This document shows, piece after piece, positions 45,998 through 56,059 of a stretch of DNA of 64,000 bases. The position numbers and the translations under genes were made by a program. The stretch lies in IMG/VR virus record IMGVR_UViG_3300049811_000333, positions 1 through 64,000 of that record. The stretch is one strand, 5' to 3'. Under the pieces are notes generated by a model, which saw only the letters and a program-made list of their open reading frames with translations, ran no database searches and had not been told where the DNA came from. Every line of letters begins with the position of its first letter. The first letter of the stretch is position 1. The stretch is from a virus.

Positions 45998-47432
45998 GAA
46001 GGTCCAGGCTACGCTCGCGAAGCGGAGCCTCAGAGCCTTCCTGCCTTGGGCATGGAATTGGATTGAGCCTCGGGAGTTCCGGGGCAATTGGCACATCGAT
46101 GCGATTTGCGACCATCTCGAAGCGGTGAACCGCGGCGAGATCCGTCGCCTTTTGATCAACGTCCCGCCCCGTCACGCGAAGTCGCTCATCTGTAGCGTCT
46201 TCTGGCCCGCCTGGACCTGGATCCAGGACGGCATGATGGGGGCTGATGGGTACGCGCTCCCGACCGTGGGTCGGGGCGCGCGCTTCCTCTGCGCCTCGTA
46301 TTCGGATCGCCTGTCCCTTCGTGACTCTCTGCGAACCCGGCAGCTGGTGCAGAACTCCATCTACCAGCGCCAGTTCGGCATCAAGCTTTCCCCGGACCAG
46401 AAGTCCAAGTCCCGCTTCGACCTCGTCAAGGGTGGGTACCGCGTTGCCACCTCGACCGGCGGTATGGCCACGGGTGAAGGCGGCGACATCCTGATTGTCG
46501 ACGACCCGCACAACGTCAAGCAGGCCGAGTCTCCGACCGTCCGAGAGGAGACCGTGCGCTGGTTCGGTGAGGTTCTCCCGACCCGCTTCAACGACCCCCG
46601 GCGCGGTGCCATGGTGGTCGTCATGCAGCGCGTCCATGAGCGGGACGTGTCCGGGTACATCCTGGCCGAGGAATTGGGGTACACCCACCTCTGTCTCCCC
46701 GGAGAATTCGAGCCGCTCCATCCCTACGCCTGGAAGGATGACCCCCGGAAGGAGCTCGGTGAGCTTCTCTGGCCGTCGCATATCGGCAAGGATGAAATCG
46801 AAGAGCTCCGGCGCAGCCTGGGCTCTTACGCCTATGCCGGACAGGTCCAGCAGCGCCCAGCGCCCCGTGAAGGTGGCATGTTCAAGCGCCACTGGATCCG
46901 GCTCTGTGAGCAGCTTCCTCCAAATCGCGTGCGTGTTCGGGCCTGGGACCTGGCTGGATCTCTGACGGGCTTTGACCCCGACTGGACGGTCGGCGTCTTG
47001 ATGTCTCGTGACCCGGACGGCTGGATCTACATCGAGGACATCCAGCGCTTCCGCGCCACCCCCGGTGAAGTGGAGCGCCAGATCAAGGCGACCGCCGCCC
47101 TCGACGGCAAGAAGACCACCGTCATCCTTCCGCAGGACCCTGGGTCCGCGGGCAAAGCCCAAGCCTCCTATCTGACCCGGGCCCTGATGGGCTACCGGGT
47201 CAAAAGCAATCGCGTCTCTGGTGACAAGGAGACGCGCGCCGGTCCCTTCGCCTCCCAGTGCGAGCACGGCAACGTCCTGATGCTCCGCGCTCCGTGGAAC
47301 GAAGAGGTCTACGGCGAGATCTGCACATTCCCGAACGGACGCCACGACGACATCGTCGACGCGCTGTCCGACGCTTTCAATGAACTCGCGGAAGCCCGCT
47401 TCGGCGCTGGCTCCCTACCCATGGTGTGGTAA
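45942..47432 (+). CDS. terL: Terminase large subunit
   Basis: INVPPRHAKS, TGEGGDILIVDDP, QR.HE.D, QQRP, WDLA, HDD.VDA; start uncertain. Confidence 0.97.
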   Translation: MNGNLLASIPPSLRASTLEKVQATLAKRSLRAFLPWAWNWIEPREFRGNWHIDAICDHLEAVNRGEIRRLLINVPPRHAKSLICSVFWPAWTWIQDGMMGADGYALPTVGRGARFLCASYSDRLSLRDSLRTRQLVQNSIYQRQFGIKLSPDQKSKSRFDLVKGGYRVATSTGGMATGEGGDILIVDDPHNVKQAESPTVREETVRWFGEVLPTRFNDPRRGAMVVVMQRVHERDVSGYILAEELGYTHLCLPGEFEPLHPYAWKDDPRKELGELLWPSHIGKDEIEELRRSLGSYAYAGQVQQRPAPREGGMFKRHWIRLCEQLPPNRVRVRAWDLAGSLTGFDPDWTVGVLMSRDPDGWIYIEDIQRFRATPGEVERQIKATAALDGKKTTVILPQDPGSAGKAQASYLTRALMGYRVKSNRVSGDKETRAGPFASQCEHGNVLMLRAPWNEEVYGEICTFPNGRHDDIVDALSDAFNELAEARFGAGSLPMVW

Positions 47433-49025
47433 ATGGCCATCGACCCCTCAAAAATTGCCTCCGACCTCGGCGCTATGAGCGAGGACTGGCTCCTGCTCCG
47501 CTCGATCATGGGCGGGACCCCGGAGATGCGGAACCAAGGTGAAACCTACCTCCCCAAGTATGATGGGGAGAGCGACACCACCTACGAAAACCGGAAAAAG
47601 CGGTCCGTTCTGACCAATTATTTGGAGGACGCGGTCCGCAACGCCGTCTCCCTGCCGTTCCGCAAGGACATCCTTGTCGGCGAAAACGTCGATGACGACA
47701 TCAAGGAGCTCTTCAAGAACATCGACCTCGTGGGGAATGACATCACCCAGTTCGGCCGCCTCACCATGGACGACGGCGGGTTGATGGGCCTCGCGTTTAT
47801 CCTGGTCGACTTCTCCAAGAACGAGACGGATGGAACCCTGAAGGCCGAGGGCGATGCCGCCCTTCGGCCGTATTGGACCCTCATCAAGGCCGATGACGTC
47901 CTGGCCTGCTACACAGAGATCGTGGGCGACCGCGAGAAGGTCTACCACTTCCGTTACAAGGAGACGATCACCCGCATCGACGAGGAATACGTCGAGACGG
48001 TGGTCGAGCGCGTCCGCGTCTACAAGCCCGGAGAGTGGGAAATCTGGGAGAAGGACAAGGGCGAGTGGAAGATGGTCGACTCCGGCCCCATGACCATCAC
48101 CGAGGAAGTCCCCGTCGTCCCCGTGTTCTGCGGCAAGCGCCTCAATGGCTTCCGGGTCCGCCCCCTGTTTATCGATTTGGCCTATAAGCAGGTCGAGCAC
48201 TGGCAGAGTGCTTCTGACCAGCGCAACATCCTGTCCTTCGCCCGCTTCCCGATGCTGGCTTGCTCCGGCACCGGGACGACCATGCAGGATGCCGAGATCA
48301 CGGTCGGCCCCTCGCGAGTCCTGACCACCGAGCAGTCGGACGGCAAGTGGTACTACGTGGAGCCCAAGGGCGATGCCATCGAGGCCGGACGCAAGGACCT
48401 CGAAAATCTGAAGGAGGAGATGCGGATCCTTGGTCTGCAGCCCATCGTCGGGAAGTACCAGAACGTCACCGCCACCTCGCGTGCTCTCGACGAGACACGC
48501 GTGTACTCGGCTGTTCAGGTCCTGGCCATGAACCTGGAAGACGCGCTCATCCGGGCGACCGACTTCACCGAGCGCTGGCTGGGCCGAGAGCCGACCCCGG
48601 ACAAGGAAATCCACGTCAACCGCGACTTCAACCTGTCGATCCGCGACACCGCGGAAGTCGACAGCCTCATCCGCTCGCGCATCACGGGCGAAATCTCGCG
48701 CCGGACCTTCTGGGAAGAGCTCCAGCGCCGCGGCACCCTGGCCCCGGACTTCGACCCGGACGAGGAGCAGGCCCAGCTGGATTACGAATTCCAGAACGGC
48801 CAGATCCCCTTCACTGTGTCGGCAGAGCTTCCGGGCGTGGAACTGACCCAGTCCGAGAAGAACGCCAACAAGGCGACCGACATCACCAACACCTTCGGCG
48901 AGATCAACAACGCCCGCAACAAGGCAGCCAAGAAGGGCCGGACCAATATCCGGTCCAACGAGCCTGCCAGCGCGTCGAAGGACAGTTCTTCGCTCCTCGA
49001 CCTCAAGATGAGGCAGTCGCAGTAG
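47433..49025 (+). CDS. Portal protein (DUF4055-like)
   Basis: GG...MR..G..YLP..E....Y..R; P..DLA..H.Q..SD; follows terL. Confidence 0.9.
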   Translation: MAIDPSKIASDLGAMSEDWLLLRSIMGGTPEMRNQGETYLPKYDGESDTTYENRKKRSVLTNYLEDAVRNAVSLPFRKDILVGENVDDDIKELFKNIDLVGNDITQFGRLTMDDGGLMGLAFILVDFSKNETDGTLKAEGDAALRPYWTLIKADDVLACYTEIVGDREKVYHFRYKETITRIDEEYVETVVERVRVYKPGEWEIWEKDKGEWKMVDSGPMTITEEVPVVPVFCGKRLNGFRVRPLFIDLAYKQVEHWQSASDQRNILSFARFPMLACSGTGTTMQDAEITVGPSRVLTTEQSDGKWYYVEPKGDAIEAGRKDLENLKEEMRILGLQPIVGKYQNVTATSRALDETRVYSAVQVLAMNLEDALIRATDFTERWLGREPTPDKEIHVNRDFNLSIRDTAEVDSLIRSRITGEISRRTFWEELQRRGTLAPDFDPDEEQAQLDYEFQNGQIPFTVSAELPGVELTQSEKNANKATDITNTFGEINNARNKAAKKGRTNIRSNEPASASKDSSSLLDLKMRQSQ

Positions 49026-49057
49026 TGGCCGAATACTGGCGTGCGCAATAAAATTAC

Positions 49058-49086
49058 TTGACTCAGGGAGTCATTTGATATATTAT
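49058..49086 (+). promoter_or_regulatory. Promoter of the tRNA-Trp-like gene
   Basis: TTGACT-N17-TATTAT. Confidence 0.65.
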
Positions 49087-49134
49087 TACCAGACTGGCAC
49101 AAGTGTAGCCAAGTCTTGGCGCCAGCATTACTGC

Positions 49135-49209
49135 ATCGGCGTGGTGTAACTGGCAGCATTGGGGTCTCCAAAACCCCAGGTCCAGGATCGTTGCCTGGCG
49201 CCCTTGCCA
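49135..49209 (+). tRNA. Degenerate tRNA-Trp(CCA)
   Basis: Anticodon arm GGGGU-CUCCAAA-ACCCC, G73-CCA; T loop AUCGUUG and two acceptor-stem mismatches. Confidence 0.7.
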
Positions 49210-49257
49210 TCTTGGCCCAGCGAGGGGCGTTGTCCCCTCCAGCGCCTCTCGCACCCC

Positions 49258-49437
49258 ATGACAGATCCCTTCTACCGGACCGTCGACCTCGACGGCTGGT
49301 CCCTGACGATTTCGAGCTCGGACACCGTGGACCTCGTCCTCGACGGTGGGCCGATGCCTTTCAGTTTTTGCCTGAACGCCGACCAAGCTGAAGAGCTCCT
49401 GGTGGCCTTGCAGGCGGCCTTGGAGAAAATTCTATGA
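49258..49437 (+). CDS. Hypothetical protein
   Basis: ATGA coupling to the next gene. Confidence 0.5.
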   Translation: MTDPFYRTVDLDGWSLTISSSDTVDLVLDGGPMPFSFCLNADQAEELLVALQAALEKIL

Positions 49438-49820
49438 CAGCGTTTACCAACTACGCTGAGAACCTGGTCATGACCTGGCTGTTCACGGCTTCTGCCGCGA
49501 CCCGCCCCACGGCCTGGTATGTGGCCCTGCACACCGCGGACCCGACTGAAGTCGGCAACGTCGGCGAGTTGACCGGCAACGGCTATGCCCGCCAGTCCGC
49601 GACCTGGACCATTGCTTCGAACGAAGCCTCGAACACCGGCACCCTGACCTTCGGCCCCAACACCACGACGAACTGGGGCTCCGTGTCCCACGTCTCGGTG
49701 TGGGACGCTGTTTCGGCTGGCAACTGTCTCGCCAAGGGCGCGCTGTCGTCCTCGGTCACGATCAACGTCGGCGATAGTCTCACAATCGCTGCTGGGGCTC
49801 TCGACATCACCCTCGACTAA
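49434..49820 (+). CDS. Small virion fibre subunit-like protein
   Basis: FTNY.EN..YVALHTADP..GYARQ..F..WG.V.H..WDA..GN.L..I.AG.L.I.LD family pattern. Confidence 0.75.
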   Translation: MTAFTNYAENLVMTWLFTASAATRPTAWYVALHTADPTEVGNVGELTGNGYARQSATWTIASNEASNTGTLTFGPNTTTNWGSVSHVSVWDAVSAGNCLAKGALSSSVTINVGDSLTIAAGALDITLD

Positions 49821-49872
49821 AATTCATTGCGTCTCATAACTGACGAGTGCCTGTGGTATAATAGGAGGGAGG

Positions 49873-50325
49873 ATGACCCCATTCGAGTTCATCTTCGGAC
49901 CCTCGCAAACGCAGCAACGTCTTGAAGACGCGCACACGAAACTGGACGCGCTGATCGAGCGCCTCACTCTCTTGGAGAACTCTATGTCTTATGCTTTGGA
50001 AGTGCTCACCGCCAAGGTGCGTGAGCAGGGCGACGTCGTGTCGTCCGCCGTGGCCCTCATCAAGGGTCTGAAGGAACAGCTGGCCTCGGCCGTCGCCCAG
50101 GCCGCCAACTCGGGCGCCGATGTGGCCGCTCTCGAAAAGCTCACGGCTGAGCTCGACACGTATGGCGACAGCCTCGCTGAAGCCGTAGCTGCGAATACGG
50201 TGGCTGAAGCCCCGGCCGCTCCGGAAGCCCCGGTTGAAGCTCCGGCCGAGCCTGTCGCTGAGGCTCCTGTGGAAGCCCCTGTTGAGGCCCCCGTCGAGGC
50301 TCCGGCTGAAGAGCCCCAGGCCTAA
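49873..50325 (+). CDS. Coiled-coil protein with an EAPV-repeat tail
   Basis: GGAGG RBS; (EAPV/EAPA)n C-terminus. Confidence 0.75.
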   Translation: MTPFEFIFGPSQTQQRLEDAHTKLDALIERLTLLENSMSYALEVLTAKVREQGDVVSSAVALIKGLKEQLASAVAQAANSGADVAALEKLTAELDTYGDSLAEAVAANTVAEAPAAPEAPVEAPAEPVAEAPVEAPVEAPVEAPAEEPQA

Positions 50326-50464
50326 TGAGATAAACCTAGGGTCGGCCTCTGCTTGCATGCTCCCTGGGTCAGTCATGTGCCGGGCGCGGGGAAACCCGCC
50401 CCGGCTGCATCCCTATGCCGTCGATCCGGCGACGGTGTTGGCATGCATTTCACAGAGGTGATCA

Positions 50465-50932
50465 ATGGCTTTCCCATCTTCTTCTGGGACCAAGCAGGAA
50501 AACCTTGCGTCAGCCTGGAGCATTGCTCGCAATGCCGCGGGCGGCATCAAGCAGCGCGCCGAGAGCCTGAAGACGTCTAGCGCTGCCGGGCCGATCCCGG
50601 CCGCGTCGGTTCTCGACCTCCTGACCTACCTGGCTGATCAGAAGCTCGTGCTGTCTCGCGTTGCCGGGCTGACTGGCATTGCGGCCTACGCCCAGGAACA
50701 GGTCGGTGACCCGGCCCTCAACGTCGCCACCGAGTACAGCAACATGATTGCTGCGGTTGACGCCGTGAGGGATTGGGTGCTCGCCAACTTCCCGAAGGAC
50801 GGCAGTGGCTACCTTCTCGTCACCCAGTTTGCTGGCGACAATTCCGGACGCACGGTCAGCCGCCAGTTCTCTTCTGCTGAGACAGCCGGGTTGAGGACGG
50901 TCTTGGATGCCTTGATCGCCACCATTGATTAG
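50465..50932 (+). CDS. Putative virion protein
   Basis: GAGGTG RBS; structural module context. Confidence 0.7.
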   Translation: MAFPSSSGTKQENLASAWSIARNAAGGIKQRAESLKTSSAAGPIPAASVLDLLTYLADQKLVLSRVAGLTGIAAYAQEQVGDPALNVATEYSNMIAAVDAVRDWVLANFPKDGSGYLLVTQFAGDNSGRTVSRQFSSAETAGLRTVLDALIATID

Positions 50933-50940
50933 GAGCTGAT

Positions 50941-52131
50941 ATGGCTCTCGCGCTGACGGCTAAGCTGCAGGAGCGAGCAGGCACAGGCTCGACAGCTTAC
51001 GGAACTGGCTCCTACACTACGGCCTCCTTTACGCCCGCCAACAATTCGCTGTTGGTCGTTGCGGTGATGGTGGAAGAAGACAACTTCCAAACGCCCACAA
51101 TCGCCGACAACATTACGATTTCCGGCGGTGGCCTGACGTGGACCAGTCGTGTTCAGGCACAGGGGGCTGTGTCGGGAACGTGGGCGGCTGGCCTTCGCGT
51201 ATTTACGGCCCATGTGACAGTCGGCGCCAGCATGACCGTCACGGTCGACTGCGGCGGGCTTTCGGCCTGGAGCTACGAAGTCCAGATCTTTGAATTTACG
51301 GGTCACAATCCTGGAAGCCCGGTTGGTGGAACGGCCTCGTTTTACTCTGGAACAGGGGGCAACTCCGGCGCTGAGACCCTGACGCTTTCGTCGGCTCCGG
51401 TGTCTGCAAGCTACGTGCTGGGCTTCGCCTACAATGACGTGACGTCGGACAGTGGAGTAACAACCGGAACAGGTTGGACGCAGCAATACCGCAGCTATGA
51501 GCAGTATTACACGGCGCACTCGCAGTCGCGGACCGGGTCGACCTCAGAAAGCGTCACTTGGAATGACCTCACGTCCGGGTATCTATCTGCGGCCGTCGCG
51601 CTGGAGATCAAGGCCGAGCCGACATATTTCGGTGGGACACCTGGCACCCAAGCCAACAATGATAGCGGCTATACCGCGTGGGGGACCTACACCTGTCCTG
51701 GCTCTGGATCGCAAGCGGTGACCGTGTGCGGGGCCTATGGCCACGCGATCAGCACCACCCCCGTCAACCTTCGCATCGCCATTTATGACTCGGCCGGGAC
51801 CACGCTGATCGCGCAAAGCGCAGCCTTTACGGGTGTGCATAACGGCGGCGTGAACATCTGGCAATACGCCCCGATTTCAGCCACCCTGACGGGCGGCGCC
51901 AGCTATAAGCTTGCTCTGTCCATAGGCTCCGCTGGTTGGTCTTGTGAGGCCATGACGTCCTCGATCACGGATGGCAACTACGAGCCGGTTGACTACACGT
52001 CAGGCGGCTTCCCGGCGTCCCTGCCGACACCAGACAACCAATACTATATGTACCCGCTGCGGATCGGCGTTGATGCGGCAGATGCAAATACGACAACACG
52101 CAAGCTGATGGTCCTCCTTGGAGTTGGATGA
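50941..52131 (+). CDS. Putative fibre/adhesin (two beta-rich domains)
   Basis: G/S/T/aromatic-rich; deviant codon usage. Confidence 0.7.
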   Translation: MALALTAKLQERAGTGSTAYGTGSYTTASFTPANNSLLVVAVMVEEDNFQTPTIADNITISGGGLTWTSRVQAQGAVSGTWAAGLRVFTAHVTVGASMTVTVDCGGLSAWSYEVQIFEFTGHNPGSPVGGTASFYSGTGGNSGAETLTLSSAPVSASYVLGFAYNDVTSDSGVTTGTGWTQQYRSYEQYYTAHSQSRTGSTSESVTWNDLTSGYLSAAVALEIKAEPTYFGGTPGTQANNDSGYTAWGTYTCPGSGSQAVTVCGAYGHAISTTPVNLRIAIYDSAGTTLIAQSAAFTGVHNGGVNIWQYAPISATLTGGASYKLALSIGSAGWSCEAMTSSITDGNYEPVDYTSGGFPASLPTPDNQYYMYPLRIGVDAADANTTTRKLMVLLGVG

Positions 52132-52589
52132 TGGCCGATAACTTTGTGACAAACGCAGGGTCCGGCGGCTCCACCTTCGCATCGGACGACGTGGGGAGTG
52201 TCCACTACCCACGACTCAAGGCCGTGCCCGGCATCGACGGGCAGGCCGGGGATAATGGCCTATCTATCTTCCGGTCCCTCGACCTTGATGAGACGGAAGA
52301 GGAAATCAAGGGCTCTGCCGGTGCGGTCTACGGTTGGTACATCACCAACCTCGCCAGCGCGAAGCGCTACATCAAGTTCTACAACGCCACAGCCGCCAAC
52401 GTCACGGTTGGCACCACGACTCCGGTCATGACGCTGTGCCTGGATGCTGGCCAGTCGGCCAACGTCTTCATGCCGTTTGGCATATACTTCTCCACAGCCA
52501 TCTCGGTCGCCGCTACTACGGGCCTGGCCGACAACGATACCGGAGCCCCAGCCGCAAACGAGGTCGTCGTCAACGTCTTCTACGTCTGA
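52128..52589 (+). CDS. Putative virion protein
   Basis: MADN..GG.TFA.DD..HY.R.K; Y.KFYN..GTT.P..GI.F.T.I. Confidence 0.7.
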   Translation: MMADNFVTNAGSGGSTFASDDVGSVHYPRLKAVPGIDGQAGDNGLSIFRSLDLDETEEEIKGSAGAVYGWYITNLASAKRYIKFYNATAANVTVGTTTPVMTLCLDAGQSANVFMPFGIYFSTAISVAATTGLADNDTGAPAANEVVVNVFYV

Positions 52590-52675
52590 GGTGCTCCATG
52601 AAAATGTTGAGACGTCTCCGCCGTTGGTTCTGGAGAAGCTCCCTGCGCCGCAAGCGCGCCCCGTAAAGGTGATCG

Positions 52676-53167
52676 ATGCCGACAGCCACTCCCAACTACG
52701 GAACTCCCGTAGCTCTGACGATGACGCTGGCCTCTTTGGCCTCTGACACGAACCTGGTGGCTGGCCGCGAAAGCACGGCCGTCAACAATGGCTCTGCCGG
52801 GGCCGACGCTATCGACGCGTTGGTCGGCGGGAAGATCACCACAGGCACGTCTCCGACCGCGGACCGTCAGATCGAGGTCTGGGCCTATGGGTCCTACGAT
52901 GCCACGTCCTATTGCGGTGGCGCGTCCGGAACGGACGCCAACCTGACGCCTCAGGCCAAGAGCCTGATGCGTCTTCTGACCGTGATCCCGACGTCGGCAA
53001 CCTCGAACCAGGCCTACACCTTCGGGCCGTTTTCGATTGCCCAGGCGTTCGGTGGCGTGGTCCCGGAAAAGTGGGGCATCTACGTCGTGCAGAATACTGG
53101 CGTGGCGCTTCACGCCACGGGCGGCAACCACGAGATCAAGTACACCCCCGTCAAGTTTGAGAGCTAG
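52676..53167 (+). CDS. Putative virion protein
   Basis: TLASLAS..GREST.V.N..P.KWG..V.N.TG.AL. Confidence 0.75.
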   Translation: MPTATPNYGTPVALTMTLASLASDTNLVAGRESTAVNNGSAGADAIDALVGGKITTGTSPTADRQIEVWAYGSYDATSYCGGASGTDANLTPQAKSLMRLLTVIPTSATSNQAYTFGPFSIAQAFGGVVPEKWGIYVVQNTGVALHATGGNHEIKYTPVKFES

Positions 53168-53169
53168 CC

Positions 53170-53901
53170 ATGGGCATCTGGACTGGCCCGCCTGCGGGTG
53201 CAGGATATGGGGCCTGGAGGCTCGATGGCGCCCCGTTCCTGACCTTCCCGACCCCGGTTGTGTTCGGTGGCTGGTTCAGGGTGATGGCGACCACCGCTGG
53301 TTACGAGTGGCATTTGTCCGGCAAGTGCGGCACCAACGCCTACTTCAACATCAACCTTAACCCGCAGAGCTCGTTGTACTGGGAAGTCTTTAACGGCTCT
53401 ACCATCGATGCGTTGCATTTTCGCGGGTCTAACCTCGCCCTCACTCTTGGCCAGTGGTATTTTTCGCTCTGCCGCTGGAACCCGCCGACCGGCGTTCGGC
53501 AGCAGACCATCTCAGAGGCAGGGGTCATCACGCAGGGGGTCGGGTCAACAGCCCAGGGCACCCTAACCGCCATGACCTACATGCAGTTGGGGACGGACAG
53601 CAGCGCAACGGGGCGTCTGAATATTGCGGAGTTCTTCGCTCTCGACCCGGATCCTTTCGGGGCCGATGCGTATATCTCGAACGCGCTCCTGCGGCAGATC
53701 GCCTTCAATGGACCGTTCTCAATCCCGCACGTCGCGCGCTCGGTGAGGCTCTACGTTCCGTTCCGGGACGGAACCCCAAATGGGTTGATCCTCCCGAGAA
53801 CCACGAGGGCCCTGGCGATGAACTCCAGGCCTCCCGTCAGCCCGCACCCGCCCGTCAACTGGGTTTCGCCCCGGGAGTATCCAAACCTAGGGATCGTGTG
53901 A
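53170..53901 (+). CDS. LamG/concanavalin-like putative receptor-binding protein
   Basis: LGQWYF..W, IAEF..., C-terminal HPP; beta-sandwich pattern. Confidence 0.55.
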   Translation: MGIWTGPPAGAGYGAWRLDGAPFLTFPTPVVFGGWFRVMATTAGYEWHLSGKCGTNAYFNINLNPQSSLYWEVFNGSTIDALHFRGSNLALTLGQWYFSLCRWNPPTGVRQQTISEAGVITQGVGSTAQGTLTAMTYMQLGTDSSATGRLNIAEFFALDPDPFGADAYISNALLRQIAFNGPFSIPHVARSVRLYVPFRDGTPNGLILPRTTRALAMNSRPPVSPHPPVNWVSPREYPNLGIV

Positions 53902-53902
53902 C

Positions 53903-54334
53903 ATGCGCCGCTTCCTGCCACTCGGCCTCCCGATGTTCTACATCCGGCCGGATGCCGATGACACGGACGGAGCCTGGACCAGCACGGCGACCCACCTCTA
54001 CGAGGTGATCGACGAAACCTCCCTCAGCGATGCGGACTATATCGAGTCCTCCGCAAATCCCGTCAACGATCTCTGCAAGATTAGGCTCTCCAATCCTTCC
54101 GTGACCCCGGCCATGCCGTTCACCGTGAAGTACCGCGGCTTCAAGACAGTTGCCACGGGGACGATGGAGCTCAGAGCCCGGCTGCTGCAGGGCACGACGC
54201 AGATTGCATCCTGGACGGAGAGTAATGTCCCGGCAACCCCGACCACGTACTCGCACACGCTCTCGCAGGGCGAGTTCGACAGCATCACCGATTTCACCGA
54301 TCTCTTCATCGAGCTCCGCGCCAACTATACGTGA
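53903..54334 (+). CDS. Putative virion protein
   Basis: RPDAD..W..LY..IDE..D.DYI..I.D..DL. Confidence 0.7.
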   Translation: MRRFLPLGLPMFYIRPDADDTDGAWTSTATHLYEVIDETSLSDADYIESSANPVNDLCKIRLSNPSVTPAMPFTVKYRGFKTVATGTMELRARLLQGTTQIASWTESNVPATPTTYSHTLSQGEFDSITDFTDLFIELRANYT

Positions 54335-54341
54335 GGCACCT

Positions 54342-54554
54342 ATGGAACCGACCTTCTGGGCCGTCTGGAAAGACGGCATGGATTACCCGAACCTCTACAC
54401 CGACGAAGCCGCCGCCAAGGCCTTCTGCACTTCCCAAGCCAAGAAGTACCCCGGCGAGACCAGCTACCTCTTGAAGCTGGGCGTGGTTGGGTCTCTGACC
54501 CTGCCGGAAAAGTACAAGAGCACTGGATCCATGAAGACCGCAGACGGCGAGTGA
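54342..54554 (+). CDS. Hypothetical protein
   Basis: GAGG RBS. Confidence 0.6.
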   Translation: MEPTFWAVWKDGMDYPNLYTDEAAAKAFCTSQAKKYPGETSYLLKLGVVGSLTLPEKYKSTGSMKTADGE

Positions 54555-54555
54555 G

Positions 54556-54855
54556 ATGGCAGACATGGCAACGATTGGACTTCAAGTCGACTATCCGCTC
54601 GGCGCGATCACCTCGAAATTCGAGATCGCCGACCTCGACATGAGCCGCATCCTCACCGCCTACTCGGCCATGTATGGCCAGGTGGACGATGGCATGGGTG
54701 GCATGCGCGACATGACTCCGCAGGAGATCATCGACCGCCTGGCCATCGAGCTCATCGGCAACGTCAAGTCGAACACCCGCGAATGGGAGCGCGTCGAGCG
54801 CCTGAAGCAGGCTGAGCTCGAAGTGCAAGACATCCCGGCTGTTAAGGTGGAATAA
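54556..54855 (+). CDS. Hypothetical protein, possible fibre chaperone
   Basis: 99-aa acidic ORF. Confidence 0.65.
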   Translation: MADMATIGLQVDYPLGAITSKFEIADLDMSRILTAYSAMYGQVDDGMGGMRDMTPQEIIDRLAIELIGNVKSNTREWERVERLKQAELEVQDIPAVKVE

Positions 54856-55685
54856 TGGCCCTCATCATCCCGACCCCGGATAACGATCTCTTCGAGACGA
54901 ACTGGTCGGGACGGCCCTCAGCCACGATGGGGACACTGGTCACGGCCGGTGGCACCGCCCACACCCTCGGATCGACCTTCACGCAGATTTTTGCCTCAAC
55001 CTCCTTCGATACGGAGTGGGTCGAGATCATCTGCCACGGCGTGCAAACGGCAGCCACTGACAGTCGAGCCCTGCTCAACATCTACATCGGCGGTTCTGGT
55101 TCTGAGCAGATCCTGATCCCGAACCTCTTGGCGAATGGCGGCACGATTGCTGCTACCGCCTGCATGCCGAAGGTTTACCGCTTCCCTCTGCGTATTCCGA
55201 AGGGATCGCGCATCTCGGCGAAGAGCCAAGCCTTGATCGTCTCCGACAACGTCTATGTGATCATGAACCTCATTGGTGGATCGCAGCTGGATAGCTGGGT
55301 TGGCGCTGGCGTGGAAGCGATTGGCGTTTCAACTGCCGCCTCAGCGGGCACAGCGATTACGCCCGGAACCACGGCAGACGGGACCTTCACGTCACTCGGC
55401 ACGAACACCAACGAGTTCCGGTACATTTACGTCCAGCACGGCGGCCCGAACGCCGCCGACACGACGCAGAACGCTGGGGCCACTAGCATTGAGATTGGAT
55501 CCGGATCAACCCTGATCCCCGGCCTTCAGTTGTTCCTGGCTGGCCTCGAAACCAACGAGAGCTCGAACGTCTATACCGGCTGTGGCCGATGGCGCGTGAT
55601 CCCGGCCGGGACGGCCCTGCAGGCCCGCCTGAGGTTTTCCGGAACGGCCGAGGCCCAATATGTGGCGCTCTACGGCGTTTATTGA
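54855..55685 (+). CDS. Putative virion protein with an internal duplication
   Basis: Two G.T.T.G..G.FT....T..IP.G..I.AR/K halves. Confidence 0.7.
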   Translation: MALIIPTPDNDLFETNWSGRPSATMGTLVTAGGTAHTLGSTFTQIFASTSFDTEWVEIICHGVQTAATDSRALLNIYIGGSGSEQILIPNLLANGGTIAATACMPKVYRFPLRIPKGSRISAKSQALIVSDNVYVIMNLIGGSQLDSWVGAGVEAIGVSTAASAGTAITPGTTADGTFTSLGTNTNEFRYIYVQHGGPNAADTTQNAGATSIEIGSGSTLIPGLQLFLAGLETNESSNVYTGCGRWRVIPAGTALQARLRFSGTAEAQYVALYGVY

Positions 55686-55693
55686 GGTAGCTT

Positions 55694-56044
55694 ATGGCCA
55701 TTACAGAAGCCTACGCCGGATCGGCCACGATCTCGACCACGGAAATCAGCCTTGTGTCCGGGACCGGCACGTTGCAGAGCGTCACGGATGACGGCGTGTA
55801 CCAGCTTTGGCTGGACTGCAACGCAATCACGAACACCGAGACGTTTGAGCTGAAGATTAAGGAGAAGGTGCAGAGCACCGGCACCCAGCGCGTCGTCTTC
55901 TATGCCATCATTGGATACGCTCAGGGCAACGAGCCGAACTTCGTGAGTCCGTCTCTTGTGTTGATGCACGGGTGGGACGTCACATTAAAAAAGCTAACCG
56001 GAACAGACCGCGCAATCTCGTGGAGTATTCGGAAAGTCGCTTAA
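55694..56044 (+). CDS. Putative virion protein
   Basis: GAGG RBS; DGVYQ..LD..L.HGWD.TLK..GTDR.I.WSIRK. Confidence 0.7.
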   Translation: MAITEAYAGSATISTTEISLVSGTGTLQSVTDDGVYQLWLDCNAITNTETFELKIKEKVQSTGTQRVVFYAIIGYAQGNEPNFVSPSLVLMHGWDVTLKKLTGTDRAISWSIRKVA

Positions 56045-56059
56045 TAGGGACGGGGAGCA

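Noticed and set aside
45987-48614. Long antisense ORFs (452 aa and 388 aa here; similar ones opposite recT, dnaB and the MCP)
   Set aside because: Shadow ORFs caused by high-GC codon bias opposite clear genes.
50200-50320. EAPV repeat as a regulatory DNA repeat
   Set aside because: It is an in-frame low-complexity protein tail.
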